From: Candidatus Margulisiibacteriota bacterium
GTDB taxonomy: Bacteria; Margulisbacteria; WOR-1; O2-12-FULL-45-9
Length of the DNA: 40,821 nt
Reading direction: 5' to 3'
NCBI GenBank assembly: GCA_034723395.1
Contig: JAYEOW010000026.1
Coordinates: forward strand, 1 to 40,821
In this document: one piece after another, positions 21,670 through 31,267 of the stretch
How the letters are laid out: every line of letters begins with the position of its first letter
How positions within the stretch are numbered: position 1 is the first letter of the stretch
Program-made: the position numbers and the translations under genes
Notes under the pieces: model-generated
The model's database searches: none
The model's input: the letters and a program-made list of their open reading frames with translations, nothing else
What the model was told of the DNA's origin: nothing

Positions 21670-23847
21670 ATGGTTAAAAGAGACGTCTACTGCGCGTTAG
21701 GTTTAACTGACGCCGAATATCAGAAGATCGAGGAGATCATGGGGCGCGAGCCTTCTTCGACCGAGCTCGCCATGTTCTCGGTGGAGTGGTCGGAGCACTG
21801 CGGTTACCCGCGATCCAGAAGTTTACTTAAAACTTTACCCCAAACCGGTAAGTATGAAGCGTTAGTCGGCGAAGATTCGGGCGGCATTGTAGTCGATAAC
21901 CTGGCGATCATCTTTAAAATGGAGAGCCATAACCATCCTTCACAGGTCGAGCCCAAACAGGGGGCGGCGACCGGGGTAGGAGGAATTATTCGCGATATCT
22001 TTACGGCCGGAGCGCGGCCGATCGCGTCTTTAAACTCGCTTCGCTTTGGCCCGTTGACCGAACCGTATAACCGATATCTATTAAAAGGGGTAGTCGACGG
22101 TATTCAGTTCTATGGAAACTGCCTGGGCGTCCCTACCGTTGGCGGCGAAGTCTACTTTGACGAATCGTATTCCGGCAACTGCCTGGTAAACGCGATGAGT
22201 ATCGGGATCTGTGAGAAAGATAAGCTTGCCCGTGCCAAAGCGGTCGGGACCGGTAACCCTATAATGTATGTAGGTTCGTCGACCGGACGGGATGGAATTG
22301 GCGGTTGTTCAGTTTTAGCATCCGCAGAATTCAGCGAAGGTGAAGAGAAAAGGCCGACGGTCCAGATCGGCGATCCATTTACCGAAAAATGCCTGATCGA
22401 AGCGACCTTGGAAGCTCTCGAAACCGGTCACATCCTCGGGATCAAAGATATGGGGGCGGCCGGGCTTACCTGCTCTTCTGCCGAAATGGCGCATGCGGGG
22501 GATGTAGGGATGGAGATCGATCTTAATAAGGTGCCACTAAGCGAAGAGGGGATGGAGGCGTACGAGATCATGATGTCCGAGTCGCAAGAACGGATGCTGG
22601 CTTGTATTAAGAAGGGGCATGAAGATGAGATCTCTAAAATATTTGAAAAATGGGACCTGCATGGCGTAATTATCGGTTACGTTACTGATGACAAGCTCCT
22701 TACGGTTAATTATAATGGTAAAGAGGTTGCAAAAATTACTACCGAGGCGCTGGCTAAGGCACCGATCTACGAAATGAAGTCGGAAAAACCGGATTATCTT
22801 GATAAGCTTCACGCTTTTGATATTAAATCGATCTCTGAGCCGTCCGATTACAATGAAGTTCTGTTAAAACTGCTTGCCTCGCCGACGATTGCGAGCAAAG
22901 AATGGGTTTATCAGCAGTATGACCATATGGTGCAGACCAATACGACGATCCTCCCAGGGTCAGATGCAACGGTTTTAAAGGTAAAAGGGAGAAAGATGGG
23001 GATCGCGGCGACGACCGACTGCAACAGCCGCTATTGTTTTCTAAATCCTCACCGTGGGGCGCAGATCGCCGTTGCTGAAGCAGCGCGTAATCTAGTCTGT
23101 TCCGGTGCTGATCCAGCCGCGGTGACCGATTGTCTAAATTTTGGTAACCCAGAGAAGCCAGATCGCTTCTGGTACTTTAAAAACTGCGTCGAAGGGATCG
23201 TGGATGCCTGTAAGAGTTTTAATATCGCGGTTATCTCTGGAAACGTCTCTTTTTATAACGAAAGTCCAAATGGTGCGATCAATCCCACTCCGGGAATCGG
23301 GATGATCGGGATCATTCCAGACTATAAAAAGCGCTCTACCCAATATTTCAAAAACGAAGGTGATGTGGTAATCCTTCTGGGTGAGACAAAAGAAGAGCTC
23401 GGCGGAAGCGAATATCTAAAGGTTATCCATGATAGAGTTGCCGGTGATGCGCCGGAGCTCGATCTTGAGAGAGAGAAGGCGGTGCAAAAAGTGGTTTATG
23501 ATGTGATCCAGGAGGGGTTTGTAAACTCTGCGCACGATTGTTCGGAGGGCGGATTAGCTGTCGCGCTCGCCGAATGCTGTATGCGGGATGGATTGGGATT
23601 TATCGTCGATAATTTGCCCAAGCTAAGGGAGGATTGCTTGCTTTTTGGCGAATCCCAATCTAGAATAATTCTTTCCGCGGATAAAAAGATCGCGGGAAAG
23701 ATAGAGGAATTGGCAAAGAAGAACAATGTTCCATTCGCGGTTCTCGGACAGGTAGATGGCGATAGATTTAAGGTCGGCCAATTGATCGACCTTCCTTTAA
23801 CAAGGATAAAAGAAGCCTGGAACAAGGGGATAAGAAGTTATGTCTAA
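21670..23847 (+). CDS. purL: FGAM synthase subunit PurL (small type)
   Basis: WSEHC, ESHNHPS, GAATGVGGIIRDI, DMGAAGL, SESQERM, LNFGNPE, SGNVSFYNE, HDCSEGGL. Confidence 0.97.
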   Translation: MVKRDVYCALGLTDAEYQKIEEIMGREPSSTELAMFSVEWSEHCGYPRSRSLLKTLPQTGKYEALVGEDSGGIVVDNLAIIFKMESHNHPSQVEPKQGAATGVGGIIRDIFTAGARPIASLNSLRFGPLTEPYNRYLLKGVVDGIQFYGNCLGVPTVGGEVYFDESYSGNCLVNAMSIGICEKDKLARAKAVGTGNPIMYVGSSTGRDGIGGCSVLASAEFSEGEEKRPTVQIGDPFTEKCLIEATLEALETGHILGIKDMGAAGLTCSSAEMAHAGDVGMEIDLNKVPLSEEGMEAYEIMMSESQERMLACIKKGHEDEISKIFEKWDLHGVIIGYVTDDKLLTVNYNGKEVAKITTEALAKAPIYEMKSEKPDYLDKLHAFDIKSISEPSDYNEVLLKLLASPTIASKEWVYQQYDHMVQTNTTILPGSDATVLKVKGRKMGIAATTDCNSRYCFLNPHRGAQIAVAEAARNLVCSGADPAAVTDCLNFGNPEKPDRFWYFKNCVEGIVDACKSFNIAVISGNVSFYNESPNGAINPTPGIGMIGIIPDYKKRSTQYFKNEGDVVILLGETKEELGGSEYLKVIHDRVAGDAPELDLEREKAVQKVVYDVIQEGFVNSAHDCSEGGLAVALAECCMRDGLGFIVDNLPKLREDCLLFGESQSRIILSADKKIAGKIEELAKKNNVPFAVLGQVDGDRFKVGQLIDLPLTRIKEAWNKGIRSYV

Positions 23848-24691
23848 AATACTAAAGAAGGAAAAACTAAATGAAAGTGTTTCGCGTATTATCGTGGATG
23901 CACCGCATATTGCCAAGGCGGCCAAGCCGGGCAATTTTGTGGTCATTGTCCCCAAAGAAAATGCGGAGCGGATCCCTTTGACCATTGCCGATACCGATGC
24001 CAAGACCGGGACCGTATCGATCATCTTCCAGATCGTCGGTGCTACCACCAGGCTTTTGGATTCATTAAAAGAGGGAGACGAGATTGCCCATCTCTTAGGC
24101 CCGCTGGGCGTTGCTTCACATATCGAAAAATTCGGAACGGTGGTGGTGATAGGCGGTGGAGTGGGGATCGCCGAAATTTATCCGGCGGTAAAAGCCCTGA
24201 AGGCGGCCGGGAACAAGGTTATAACTATTATCGGCGCGCGCTGTAAAGATCTTTTAATCTATCGTAAAGAACTCGAAGCACAGAGCACTGAACTTAAGGT
24301 TACTACCGATGACGGGAGCTGCGGGCGGAATGGATTTGTTTCAGATGAACTAAAAGATATTATCGCTTCGGGTGAAAAGATCGACCTGGCCATTGCGGTC
24401 GGACCGGTCCCTATGATGAAGGTCTGCTGCGACGTCACTAAACCGCACGGCATTAAAACGATGGTCTCCTTAAACCCTCTAATGCTGGATGCGACCGGGA
24501 TGTGCGGGGCCTGCCGGGTAACGGTTGGCGGAAAAACTAAATTCGCTTGTGTCGAAGGGCCTGAGTTTGACGGCCACGAAGTTGACTTTGAAGAATTAAC
24601 CGGCCGTTTAAAAGCTTACAAGGACGTTGAAAAGCAGGCGGACTATCATGTATGTAAATTGTTGGAGGATGCGAAATGTCAAAAGAAATAA
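23840..24691 (+). CDS. NfnA/SudB-type FAD/NAD-binding 2Fe-2S subunit
   Basis: ERIPLTIAD, GPLG, GGGVG, TDDGS.G, MLDATGMCGACRV, FACVEGPEFD. Confidence 0.9.
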   Translation: MSKILKKEKLNESVSRIIVDAPHIAKAAKPGNFVVIVPKENAERIPLTIADTDAKTGTVSIIFQIVGATTRLLDSLKEGDEIAHLLGPLGVASHIEKFGTVVVIGGGVGIAEIYPAVKALKAAGNKVITIIGARCKDLLIYRKELEAQSTELKVTTDDGSCGRNGFVSDELKDIIASGEKIDLAIAVGPVPMMKVCCDVTKPHGIKTMVSLNPLMLDATGMCGACRVTVGGKTKFACVEGPEFDGHEVDFEELTGRLKAYKDVEKQADYHVCKLLEDAKCQKK

Positions 24692-25869
24692 TCAAAAAGG
24701 CCCAGGAAAAATTCGGCGAAATAATTGAAGAGCAACTTAAACGTATTGAGGTAATGAAAAAAGGCGAGAAAGAGACCGATTTTTCCAGATTAAAACCGAT
24801 CATTATCGGTTTATGCTGGGGCGACGGGATCGGGCCGACGATCTCCAAGCATGCGCAGGCGATATTGGAACATGTTTTGAAGGATGAAGTGAAAAGCGGG
24901 AAGATCAAATTTAAAGATATTGCGGGGCTGACGATCGAGAACCGGGCCAAACACAAAAAGGCGATCCCGGATGATGTGTTGGAAGAGTTAAAATCATGCC
25001 ATGTGGTCCTTAAAGGACCGACGACAACCCCTCAAGCCGGCGATAAATGGCCGAATATCGAGAGCGCAAATGTAGCTATGCGCCGCTACCTCGATCTATT
25101 TGCAAATGTCAGGCCGGTAAGCATCCCAAAAGACGGGATTAACTGGACTTTCTTTAGGGAAAATACCGAAGGGGCTTATGTTTTGGGTTCAAAAGGTTTT
25201 GATGTTTCCGAAGATCTCAGTATCGACTTTAAAGTTATCACCGAGCAGGGAGCAGAGCGGATTATTCGTATGGCGTTTGAATACGCGGATAAAAACAGTA
25301 TTGACCGGGTAACTGTAATTACTAAGTCAAATGTGGTAAAAACCAGTGACGGCCGTTTTTCAAAAGTTGCCTTTCGGATCGCAAAAGAATATCCCAGGAT
25401 AAAATTAGATGAATGGTATATCGATATTATGACCGCCAAATTACTCGATCCGGCGCGCCGGAGCGGTTTTAAGGTAATGGTCATGCCAAATTTATACGGC
25501 GATATTCTAACTGATGAAGCGGCCCAGCTCCAGGGAGGGGTGGGGACTGCCGGGAGCGCTAATATTGGCAAACGCTGGTCGATGTTTGAAGCTATTCACG
25601 GGAGCGCCCCGCGGATGGTAAAGGAAGGGCGCGATAAATACGCGGACCCGTGTTCGATGGTTCGCGCCAGCGCGATGCTGCTTCGCCATATTGGTTATCC
25701 GGAACGCGGCGAAGAGGTTGAGATGGCCCTTGAGGTTTGCGGTCAATACGAAAAGAAAATGGTCATTACCGGCAGGGACACTGGCGTTACCGGTGATGAA
25801 TATGTCAAATATCTATTGTCTTGGATCGACAATCCTGGTCTCAAAGCGCGCTGGGAGCAAGGGGCTTAA
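24676..25869 (+). CDS. Isocitrate/isopropylmalate dehydrogenase family protein
   Basis: GDGIGP, LKGPTTTP, S.NVAMRR.LDLFANVRP, FRENTEG.Y, PNLYGDILTD, FEAIHGSAP. Confidence 0.9.
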   Translation: MSKEIIKKAQEKFGEIIEEQLKRIEVMKKGEKETDFSRLKPIIIGLCWGDGIGPTISKHAQAILEHVLKDEVKSGKIKFKDIAGLTIENRAKHKKAIPDDVLEELKSCHVVLKGPTTTPQAGDKWPNIESANVAMRRYLDLFANVRPVSIPKDGINWTFFRENTEGAYVLGSKGFDVSEDLSIDFKVITEQGAERIIRMAFEYADKNSIDRVTVITKSNVVKTSDGRFSKVAFRIAKEYPRIKLDEWYIDIMTAKLLDPARRSGFKVMVMPNLYGDILTDEAAQLQGGVGTAGSANIGKRWSMFEAIHGSAPRMVKEGRDKYADPCSMVRASAMLLRHIGYPERGEEVEMALEVCGQYEKKMVITGRDTGVTGDEYVKYLLSWIDNPGLKARWEQGA

Positions 25870-27110
25870 GGAGCACTGGTTAACCACGGGGTGACATCGA
25901 TTGTTCCGGTAGCGTTAAAATTATAAGCGTGGATTTCAGCCAAAGTTGTATAGCCCCAGTAATTGTTTTCCGCGTTAATATTTGAAGATGAATCGTTCCA
26001 GATCCCGTTGTTATTTCCCGAAAGATCATTTTGATGAATAATCGGGTTGGCATTATCAATATGGACCCCGTGGGTTATATTATCCGATATATTATTTGAT
26101 TCAAGTGTGCTGACCAGCGAATTGTTCAAGACCCTGACCCCGATATAATTATTTTTTATTAAGTTATCGTACGCGTATACTTCGATCGTCCCTTCGATGC
26201 ATAACCCGGCATGGATCTGGGAAGTCAACGCGTTTGATCCGATGCTGTTATTATGGACAACCGCGCTCGAGGTGTTGAACTCATCATGCAGGAATATGCC
26301 GAAATCACCGTTGTTATTTACCTGGTTATTATTTATATTAAAGCTCATCTCTCCGCTCCCCTCGATCCCGGTAAACCGGTTGTTTTCAACCGTATTCGAT
26401 TCGATAGTTCCGTTGCTGACTAAAAAGATCAAGCCGCACCCATCGGTCCGGCTGGTATCTGTCCCGTTATTGCTTAAGGTGCAGCCGGAAACCTCTATAT
26501 TATTACTGTTCCGGACCAGGAGGCCGTTCGCGCCGTTATTGATGAATTTGGTGTCCTCGGCCGAGAAGCCGTTGGCCCCCAAGGTTTCGATCCCATTCCC
26601 TTTGACTTCTTTAACAACAGATTGGGAAATCCCGAAATCGTCAGCTTCGATAAAGATGCCGGCTTCATTGAACTGGGATTTACCGCTCAGATCCCCGGTC
26701 CAGGCGGATTCTATGGTTGAGCTCGTAATATTTCCCGAACTTCCCGATTTGTACCAGAATGGATAACCCTCCGCGGAGTTATATGCGGCAATAACGCTTT
26801 GACTTTTAATGTACAGGCTGCCGCCCGGGTTTACATATATGCCGTAACGTGTATTGGCTTCGTTGCTGATATAAAGGCCAGTGTTGGCCAGGGTTAGCGA
26901 TCCGCCGCTTTCGATTGAGATGTTTCCGGTGCAATAAATGATCTGGCTGGAAAATCCTTCGGTGGAATTTACAGTCCGTCCGGACCAATGGATAATGGGG
27001 CGAGGATCGGGTTGCGGAGGGGTGGGGTTGCTGACCCTTCCGCAGCCGGTGATCATTAATATACCGGCCAGGAATATAATACCTTTTGTCATCAGGCAAT
27101 AGTTTAGCAT
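25866..27110 (-). CDS. Lipoprotein with right-handed parallel beta-helix repeats
   Basis: MITGC lipobox, Pro-rich linker, Asn-rich xxNNxxxGI repeats, NAENNYWG and C-terminal PWL. The start may be ATG 27092. Confidence 0.8.
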   Translation of the reverse strand: MLNYCLMTKGIIFLAGILMITGCGRVSNPTPPQPDPRPIIHWSGRTVNSTEGFSSQIIYCTGNISIESGGSLTLANTGLYISNEANTRYGIYVNPGGSLYIKSQSVIAAYNSAEGYPFWYKSGSSGNITSSTIESAWTGDLSGKSQFNEAGIFIEADDFGISQSVVKEVKGNGIETLGANGFSAEDTKFINNGANGLLVRNSNNIEVSGCTLSNNGTDTSRTDGCGLIFLVSNGTIESNTVENNRFTGIEGSGEMSFNINNNQVNNNGDFGIFLHDEFNTSSAVVHNNSIGSNALTSQIHAGLCIEGTIEVYAYDNLIKNNYIGVRVLNNSLVSTLESNNISDNITHGVHIDNANPIIHQNDLSGNNNGIWNDSSSNINAENNYWGYTTLAEIHAYNFNATGTIDVTPWLTSAP

Positions 27111-27182
27111 TGATTTGATATATTAGGATAGTAAAATTGAAATTTCCCCCAAAAGGTGATGATATATAAAGAGAGGGAAAAG

Positions 27183-27542
27183 ATGACATTAAGAATAGTT
27201 TCAGACAATCAAAACCCGCAACCTCGATTCCAAAAAATGAACCTAAATGCTGCAGAACGTTGGCTCGGATGCCTTAGGGAGGCTATAAAGAGCGGGAAAA
27301 CAGGTAGTATAAAGCGGGCATTAATTGATATGTCAAATGCATTAAAATTTCGAGGACTTTGTAGGGGGGACGCAATTGAAGTTCTTGGGTTGGCATATAA
27401 GTTAACAAACGAAATGGAAAAATTAATAAAAGAGCGCTCAACTCTTGCCGAACAGGCACTTGCCAGAGAGATTAAAGGACTTTTAGATAAGCTTGTCGGT
27501 AAGGTAGAAGATTCCCTTCCTCCACCGGATATGTCCTATTGA
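27183..27542 (+). CDS. Hypothetical protein
   Basis: SD GAGAGGG before ATG 27183; helical-looking 119 aa; no recognised motif. Confidence 0.6.
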   Translation: MTLRIVSDNQNPQPRFQKMNLNAAERWLGCLREAIKSGKTGSIKRALIDMSNALKFRGLCRGDAIEVLGLAYKLTNEMEKLIKERSTLAEQALAREIKGLLDKLVGKVEDSLPPPDMSY

Positions 27543-27551
27543 TTTAGTCTG

Positions 27552-27618
27552 GATTTTCATTCCTCCCCGCTTAATGTTATAATAAAGTAATCTATGGTTG
27601 GGGAAACCCCGCGTTTAC
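27552..27618 (+). repeat. Direct-repeat copy 1 of the nfnB/sudA promoter and first codons
   Basis: 27552-27586 is identical to 28433-28467 (GATTTTCATTCCTCCCCGCTTAATGTTATAATAAA), followed by a diverged CTATGGTTG...CCGCGTTTAC. Confidence 0.9.
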
Positions 27619-27718
27619 ATCTGTCTGCCGGCTTCGCTCCGAGGGGCAGGCACGGCAGGGAAGGGCGCGTATTTTTTTACATGAAGATGGTTAATTTTTT
27701 ATCAAAGGGAGTTGCCAG

Positions 27719-28432
27719 ATGGCCGGCGCAAAAATTCCACCGGGAGGGCTAGGGTTCAAAGGCAGGGTCGGTGCCCAAAAGCAAACTGCCCTTCAGCAGC
27801 GGACGGCTGTTCAACTCCAGATCCGGACCCTAGAATGCTTGCGGAATAACCGCATTGCTGAGCTCAAGGGGATTTTAACTGGCTTCGTCAAGAATAATAA
27901 GCTTGGGAACTTGGCCCGTAACTTTGACGAGATAATTTGTGAAGGGCTCAATCCAATCCATTCCTTGCGGAAGTTTGTGGATCTCTTGAGAGACGTGATG
28001 GGTAGCGATTTTTATCGCCTCTTTATAGAATTTTCTGGAGAAGCTCAGGCCAAGATTATTGGACAGATCAAGGTTGGGAATGAAGGTGTGAGGGTGGCTG
28101 CCAACCTTTTATACAGGCTTTTGTTGGTTCCGGAGCGCGGGTGGGCTGATAAAAAGACCCTGCAGGCGGCGGCCCAACTGGCTTCCCCGGAAATACTCTA
28201 CCATCTTTTGAATAATTACGAAATTGCTGAGGATAGCGAAGGGAAATTATCACTGGTATATCTGGTAAAATACCGCAAGTCTGATGAGATCGGTCCGCTC
28301 ATCAGCCAAGCCTTAGGGGATTATATTAAATGCGGGCCCCAGGTTACTCTAAAGGAGACAAAGGCATTGCAGTCCTTTAGGAGGATAATGGAAGGGTTCA
28401 GGGATTTTTCGATACAAGCACAGCTAGTTTAA
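27719..28432 (+). CDS. Hypothetical protein
   Basis: 237-aa ORF with SD AAGGGAG, lying between the direct repeats; no recognised motif. Confidence 0.65.
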   Translation: MAGAKIPPGGLGFKGRVGAQKQTALQQRTAVQLQIRTLECLRNNRIAELKGILTGFVKNNKLGNLARNFDEIICEGLNPIHSLRKFVDLLRDVMGSDFYRLFIEFSGEAQAKIIGQIKVGNEGVRVAANLLYRLLLVPERGWADKKTLQAAAQLASPEILYHLLNNYEIAEDSEGKLSLVYLVKYRKSDEIGPLISQALGDYIKCGPQVTLKETKALQSFRRIMEGFRDFSIQAQLV

Positions 28433-28498
28433 GATTTTCATTCCTCCCCGCTTAATGTTATAATAAAATTCCTATGGTTGAGAAAAAACCGCGTTTAC
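28433..28498 (+). repeat. Direct-repeat copy 2, containing an extended -10 promoter (TGtTATAAT 28456-64) and the start of nfnB/sudA
   Basis: Matches copy 1; ATG 28474 lies 9 nt after TATAAT with no SD. Confidence 0.88.
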
Positions 28499-29877
28499 GT
28501 ATGGAAGAACGCTCGGTTGCCGAGCGGACCAAAGACTTCCAAGAGGTTCCTCTTGGATACACTGCCGAAGAGGCGATAGAAGAAGCCAAACGCTGCATCC
28601 AGTGTAAGAACCCCTTATGTGTTAAAGGTTGCCCGGTAGAGATCAATATTCCTGCCTTTATCGATCTGGTGGCCAAAGGCGAGTTCAAGGCCGCGGCCCA
28701 GAAGATCAAAGAGACAAATGCTTTGCCCGCCATTTGCGGTCGTGTCTGTCCTCAGGAAGATCAATGTGAGAAAAAATGCATTCTTGGGATAAAAGGGGAA
28801 CCGGTCGCGATCGGTAATCTTGAGAGGTTTGTGGCAGACTGGGAGCGGGAAAATAAATCACCCCCTCTCAATCTCCCCCTTAGTAAGGGGGAGATGTCCC
28901 GAAGGGACAAAGGGGGTAGCAAGGTGGCCGTCGTCGGTTCTGGTCCCGCAGGCTTAACTTGTGCTGGAGATTTGGCCCGCCAAGGATACCAGGTTACGAT
29001 CTTCGAATCGCTCCACGTTACCGCTGGCGTTTTAACCTACGGGATCCCTGAGTTTAGACTTCCTAAGGCGATTGTTAACCTTGAAGTTGAATATATCGCT
29101 TCTTTAGGGGTAGATATCAAAACCGATATGCTGATTGGCAACGTTTATAGTATTCAAGACTTATTAAAAGAATACAAAGCGGTTTTTATTGGTTCGGGTG
29201 CCGGCCTTCCCAAGTTTATGAAGATCCCCGGAGAGAATTTGGATGGCGTCTACTCGGCAAACGAATACCTGTTCCGTGTAAACATGATGAAGGCGTGGCA
29301 GTTCCCGGAGTATTTGACCCCGATCAAGATTGGAAAAAGGGTGGCAGTTGTTGGCGGCGGCAACGTGGCGATGGATGCGGCCAGAGTTTCGCTCCGTTTG
29401 GGTGCGGAAGAAGTTGTTGTTCTTTACCGCCGAACCCATGATGAGATGCCCGCCCGAAAAGAAGAGATTAAGCGCGCGGTCGAAGAAGGGATCGTTTTTA
29501 AGATCTTAACTTTGCCGCTTCGATATAATGCTGACCAGAATGGATGGGTGAAGGAGGCGGAGTGTCAGCAAATGAAACTCGGTGAACCTGATTCATCCGG
29601 ACGAAGACGACCGGTCCCGATCGAAGGATCGGAGTTTAATCTTCCTCTTGATACTGTTGTTGTGGCAATTGGTAATTCTCCAAATCCGCTGATCCCGCAT
29701 CGCACCTCTGAGCTAAAGACCGAGAAGTGGGGTGGAGTGATCGTTACCGAGGAAGGATTATCCTCGATCCCAAATGTTTACGCCGGCGGTGATATTGTTC
29801 GCGGAGCTGCAACAGTGATTTCTGCGATGGGCGATGGTAAGACCGCGGCGAAGGCGATCCACAAGCTACTTTCCTAA
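28474..29877 (+). CDS. NfnB/SudA-type GltD-like NADPH oxidoreductase subunit
   Basis: EAKRCIQCKNPLCVKGCPV, CGRVCPQEDQCE, GSGPAG, YGIPEFRLPK, GGGNVAMDAAR, GAATVISAMGDG. Confidence 0.92.
   Translation: MVEKKPRLRMEERSVAERTKDFQEVPLGYTAEEAIEEAKRCIQCKNPLCVKGCPVEINIPAFIDLVAKGEFKAAAQKIKETNALPAICGRVCPQEDQCEKKCILGIKGEPVAIGNLERFVADWERENKSPPLNLPLSKGEMSRRDKGGSKVAVVGSGPAGLTCAGDLARQGYQVTIFESLHVTAGVLTYGIPEFRLPKAIVNLEVEYIASLGVDIKTDMLIGNVYSIQDLLKEYKAVFIGSGAGLPKFMKIPGENLDGVYSANEYLFRVNMMKAWQFPEYLTPIKIGKRVAVVGGGNVAMDAARVSLRLGAEEVVVLYRRTHDEMPARKEEIKRAVEEGIVFKILTLPLRYNADQNGWVKEAECQQMKLGEPDSSGRRRPVPIEGSEFNLPLDTVVVAIGNSPNPLIPHRTSELKTEKWGGVIVTEEGLSSIPNVYAGGDIVRGAATVISAMGDGKTAAKAIHKLLS
28860..28917. repeat. In-frame palindromic element inside nfnB/sudA
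   Basis: Outer ACCCCCT/AGGGGGT enclosing ATCTCCCCCTT-AGT-AAGGGGGAGAT and TGTCCC-GAA-GGGACA; translated as SPPLNLPLSKGEMSRRDKGG. Confidence 0.8.
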
Positions 29878-31245
29878 ACTTTTTATCTTCGGATATCGGA
29901 TCAACTTATAAACCTTCTCTTTTTTGGACAGGTGTAGCTGTTTGAACCGCGGAATAAGTTCATTCCCGATAAAATCAAAAGGGGCCTGGCTGATATAGGT
30001 TTTTTCTATCGGTGATGAGACCGTATAAACTTCTTTTCCGTTCGGAAGGATTACTTTTACTAAAGAACGGACAGGGATCGAAGCGGTCCCGTTTTTTGAG
30101 TCTTCAACAGTTATAAAAAACTGGATGCTTGGAGAAATTAGCGATAATGGTACGCCGAAATAATATATTCCGCTGTCATAATAACCGTTTATCCCTTTCC
30201 ACGCCTTTTTTGTCCAACTGCTTGGTTGCCCTTTTGCATAATACAGCGTCGCCCGTTTTATTTTACTGCTGCTTTTTGCGGTGATCGGGATAATAAGCTT
30301 GTTGCCCTTAACGAATGCCGGCCGATGGTCGATCTTCGGGAAGCTCCCTTTACCTTTTAATTTAATATCCAGCCAGCGCCAGACCACCTTTTGTGTATCC
30401 GCTAAAAATCGGTGCCTTAAATTTGGCACCAGATAGATCTTTTTAGGAGCTTTTACCTCTTCATAGCTCTTTTGGAATGTGGGGAGATAATAGCAGTGGT
30501 CATTAGTTCCGCTAATGAACAGGATTGGGGCGTGTTGGGTTTTAAGAAAGTTCTTTGGGTCGATAAATGAATTCCAAAGGTCTAGGTCTTCCTTGGTCAT
30601 GGCGTCAAACCTTTCCTGCCAGGTGCATCCCTCGGGGATATAACCGGCGCCAAAGACATTGACCGCGGTTTTCAAACGTTTATCTTGTCCGTTGGTTAAA
30701 AGAGTGATCACTCCTCCCCAGGAAAGGCCGACCATGCCGATATTTTCGGGATCGACCTCTTTTCTTTTTGATAAATAAGTTATTCCGTTGCGGGCTGCGG
30801 CGACCGCATGGATCAGATAGTTGTGGGTTAGGTCGGGTTGTGTCTTTAACAGGGTAGGGACATCCATATTCGGTCCGGTCGATCGCGAGTTAGCTCTCTG
30901 TTCTCCCTTTCCCGGAAGATCGACCGCTAAAACCGCATATCCTCTCCTTGCCCAGTTAGCTGCCCGGCCAAGATGAGCGTTCCCGCCGCCGCCATGGACC
31001 AACAGGATCGCCGGTAATTCTTTTTTGCTCTTAGGGTAAACGTAGTAACCGAATATCCAGACCGGATTACCTTTATAATCGCGGCTCCGGTATTTGATCT
31101 CTTCTACCTGTGCCGAATCGTAGCTATAAGATTTAACTGTTTTTGATTTTATGCTGTCAAAAGGGATATTCCAGAGGCGATTGATCGATCCTCCCGGCGG
31201 AGTTGCTAGAACCATAAGGATTAGAGTGATTAGAATAAAACGCAC
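29866..31245 (-). CDS. Secreted alpha/beta-hydrolase (acetyl xylan esterase / dienelactone hydrolase-like)
   Basis: VHGGGG, GLSWGG nucleophile elbow, GTND, H. Hydrophobic N-terminus. Start placed at GTG 31245, downstream of TGaTATAAT. Confidence 0.8.
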   Translation of the reverse strand: MRFILITLILMVLATPPGGSINRLWNIPFDSIKSKTVKSYSYDSAQVEEIKYRSRDYKGNPVWIFGYYVYPKSKKELPAILLVHGGGGNAHLGRAANWARRGYAVLAVDLPGKGEQRANSRSTGPNMDVPTLLKTQPDLTHNYLIHAVAAARNGITYLSKRKEVDPENIGMVGLSWGGVITLLTNGQDKRLKTAVNVFGAGYIPEGCTWQERFDAMTKEDLDLWNSFIDPKNFLKTQHAPILFISGTNDHCYYLPTFQKSYEEVKAPKKIYLVPNLRHRFLADTQKVVWRWLDIKLKGKGSFPKIDHRPAFVKGNKLIIPITAKSSSKIKRATLYYAKGQPSSWTKKAWKGINGYYDSGIYYFGVPLSLISPSIQFFITVEDSKNGTASIPVRSLVKVILPNGKEVYTVSSPIEKTYISQAPFDFIGNELIPRFKQLHLSKKEKVYKLIRYPKIKSLGK

Positions 31246-31251
31246 AACGTG

Positions 31252-31264
31252 TGGTATTATATCA
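31252..31264. promoter_or_regulatory. Overlapping back-to-back extended -10 promoters
   Basis: On +, TGgTATTAT (31252-60) lies 7 nt before the MATE ATG. On -, TGaTATAAT (31264-56) lies 10 nt before GTG 31245. Confidence 0.55.
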
Positions 31265-31267
31265 TAG

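Noticed and set aside
28474..29877. Second glutamate synthase small subunit
   Set aside because: The motifs (CGRVCPQE.QCE, GGGNVAMDAAR) and the nearby NfnA/SudB fit the NfnB/SudA clade. The true gltD is next to gltB.
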